A DNA stretch of 64,000 bases from Salpingoeca rosetta (lineage: Eukaryota; Protista; Choanoflagellata). Both the position numbers and the translations under genes were made by a program. The notes beneath the pieces were generated by a model. The model searched no databases. It saw nothing but the letters and a program-made list of their open reading frames with translations, and was not told the origin of the DNA. The stretch lies in contig JAWQFM010000012.1 in NCBI GenBank assembly GCA_033442325.1, forward strand, positions 1,411,793-1,475,792. Reading direction: 5' to 3'. Below are positions 62,551 through 64,000 of the stretch, one piece after another. Every line of letters starts with the position of its first letter. Positions within the stretch are counted from its first letter, which is position 1.

Positions 62551-62728
62551 CATGCAGATGCCCATGCAAGGCGGTGGCATGATGATGCCGGCGATGATGG
62601 CAGCACAGCCGCCAACAACGGCAGCAGCAGCGCAGAACGGGCGAACAAACACATCCACACCCCCAAAGACGAAGAAGGCAGACGCCTTTGATTTCGTTGC
62701 GCAAGAGCTCGCGAAGTCCCGCAAGTGA
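57694..62728 (+). CDS. TEPSIN: Tepsin (AP-4 accessory ENTH/VHS-like protein)
   Basis: ENTH-like: [24 protein letters not shown]...[11 protein letters not shown]...[19 protein letters not shown] motif. tVHS: [23 protein letters not shown]. Two SLFSGM motifs, a Q/M-rich tail and C-terminal DAFDFV. Confidence 0.9.
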
Positions 62729-63193
62729 CCTGCGATTGGTGTGCTTTTTACTTGCTTCCCTCGCCCTCACCAAACCCCTCGTTAGTCGTTCCACCTCCAC
62801 CTTCTCCACCCCCCCCCCCTTCCCTCATCGTTCTGTACAGTGTGTGTAAGTTGGGGTTTGTGCCTCCTCCTGTTCCCACCTCCCCACTTCTATCCACCAT
62901 CTGTACCTGCCGTGTTGGTCTTTGTGTTGTTGTGCTTCAGCCATCCTTCAATGAATAGAACGAACGCGAAAGAACGCCAGTTGCTTGCGTGCATGCGCGT
63001 GTGTCAAGCGATGTACAGCAGAAACTGTTTGTTGGGGGGGGGATAACGAGGGAAAGAGAGCAAGGAGAACAAAACGCTACAGCAAAAGTGCGACAAAAGG
63101 GGCAAGAAGGCCCTTGGCTAAGCGAAGAAGTGGTTGCGTAAGCGCAACACCGCGCATGCACCACGCCGAGCGCAAGAAACGCGCGCGCGTGCG

Positions 63194-63233
<40 letters not shown>

Positions 63234-63349
63234 CGTACAGGTACGCAAATGCATACACACACACACACATGCGTACAGGTACGCAAATGCATACACACAC
63301 TCACACATGCGTGCTGGTACGCAAATGCATACGAGCACACCCAGCCGGC

Positions 63350-64000
<651 letters not shown>

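Overview
Eukaryotic, GC-rich, gene-dense and intron-rich DNA whose introns are filled with (GT)n/(CA)n microsatellites. The style and gene content (class I PI3K, SH2, Tks/p47phox-like PX, tepsin) suggest a choanoflagellate such as Salpingoeca rosetta; this is an inference. Nearly all ORFs in the supplied track are repeat artefacts, so real genes were rebuilt by hand from GT-AG exons. From left to right: a possible LTR end; a 5'-truncated exostosin/GT47 gene (-); an intact Sola-type DNA transposon (4913-7387, 26-bp TIRs, AACT TSD); class I PI3K p110 (+); a tail-anchored nucleoredoxin-like gene (-) head-to-head with RSAD1/HemW (+); intronless CHID1 (-); a PX+SH3 adaptor (-); HPF1 (+); XRN2 (+, first exon missing); an unusual Skp1/BTB-like + FYVE + PI3K-family kinase (+) resembling giant-virus FYVE-PI kinases; a 2x RanBP2-type zinc finger + CBM48 + bacterial-type GH13 + CBM20 enzyme (+); a bacterial-type ATP-grasp ligase (-); RPL29 (+); a WD40-like + TBC RabGAP (+); tepsin (+); and the 3' end of an SH2 gene (-). 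There are three N gaps. The strongest leads are the FYVE-PI kinase, the zinc finger-GH13-CBM20 fusion, the polarised 5'-(GT)n...(CA)n-3' intron architecture with acceptors lacking pyrimidine tracts, and the apparently young Sola element beside the PI3K promoter. All protein family calls come from motif recognition, not database searches.
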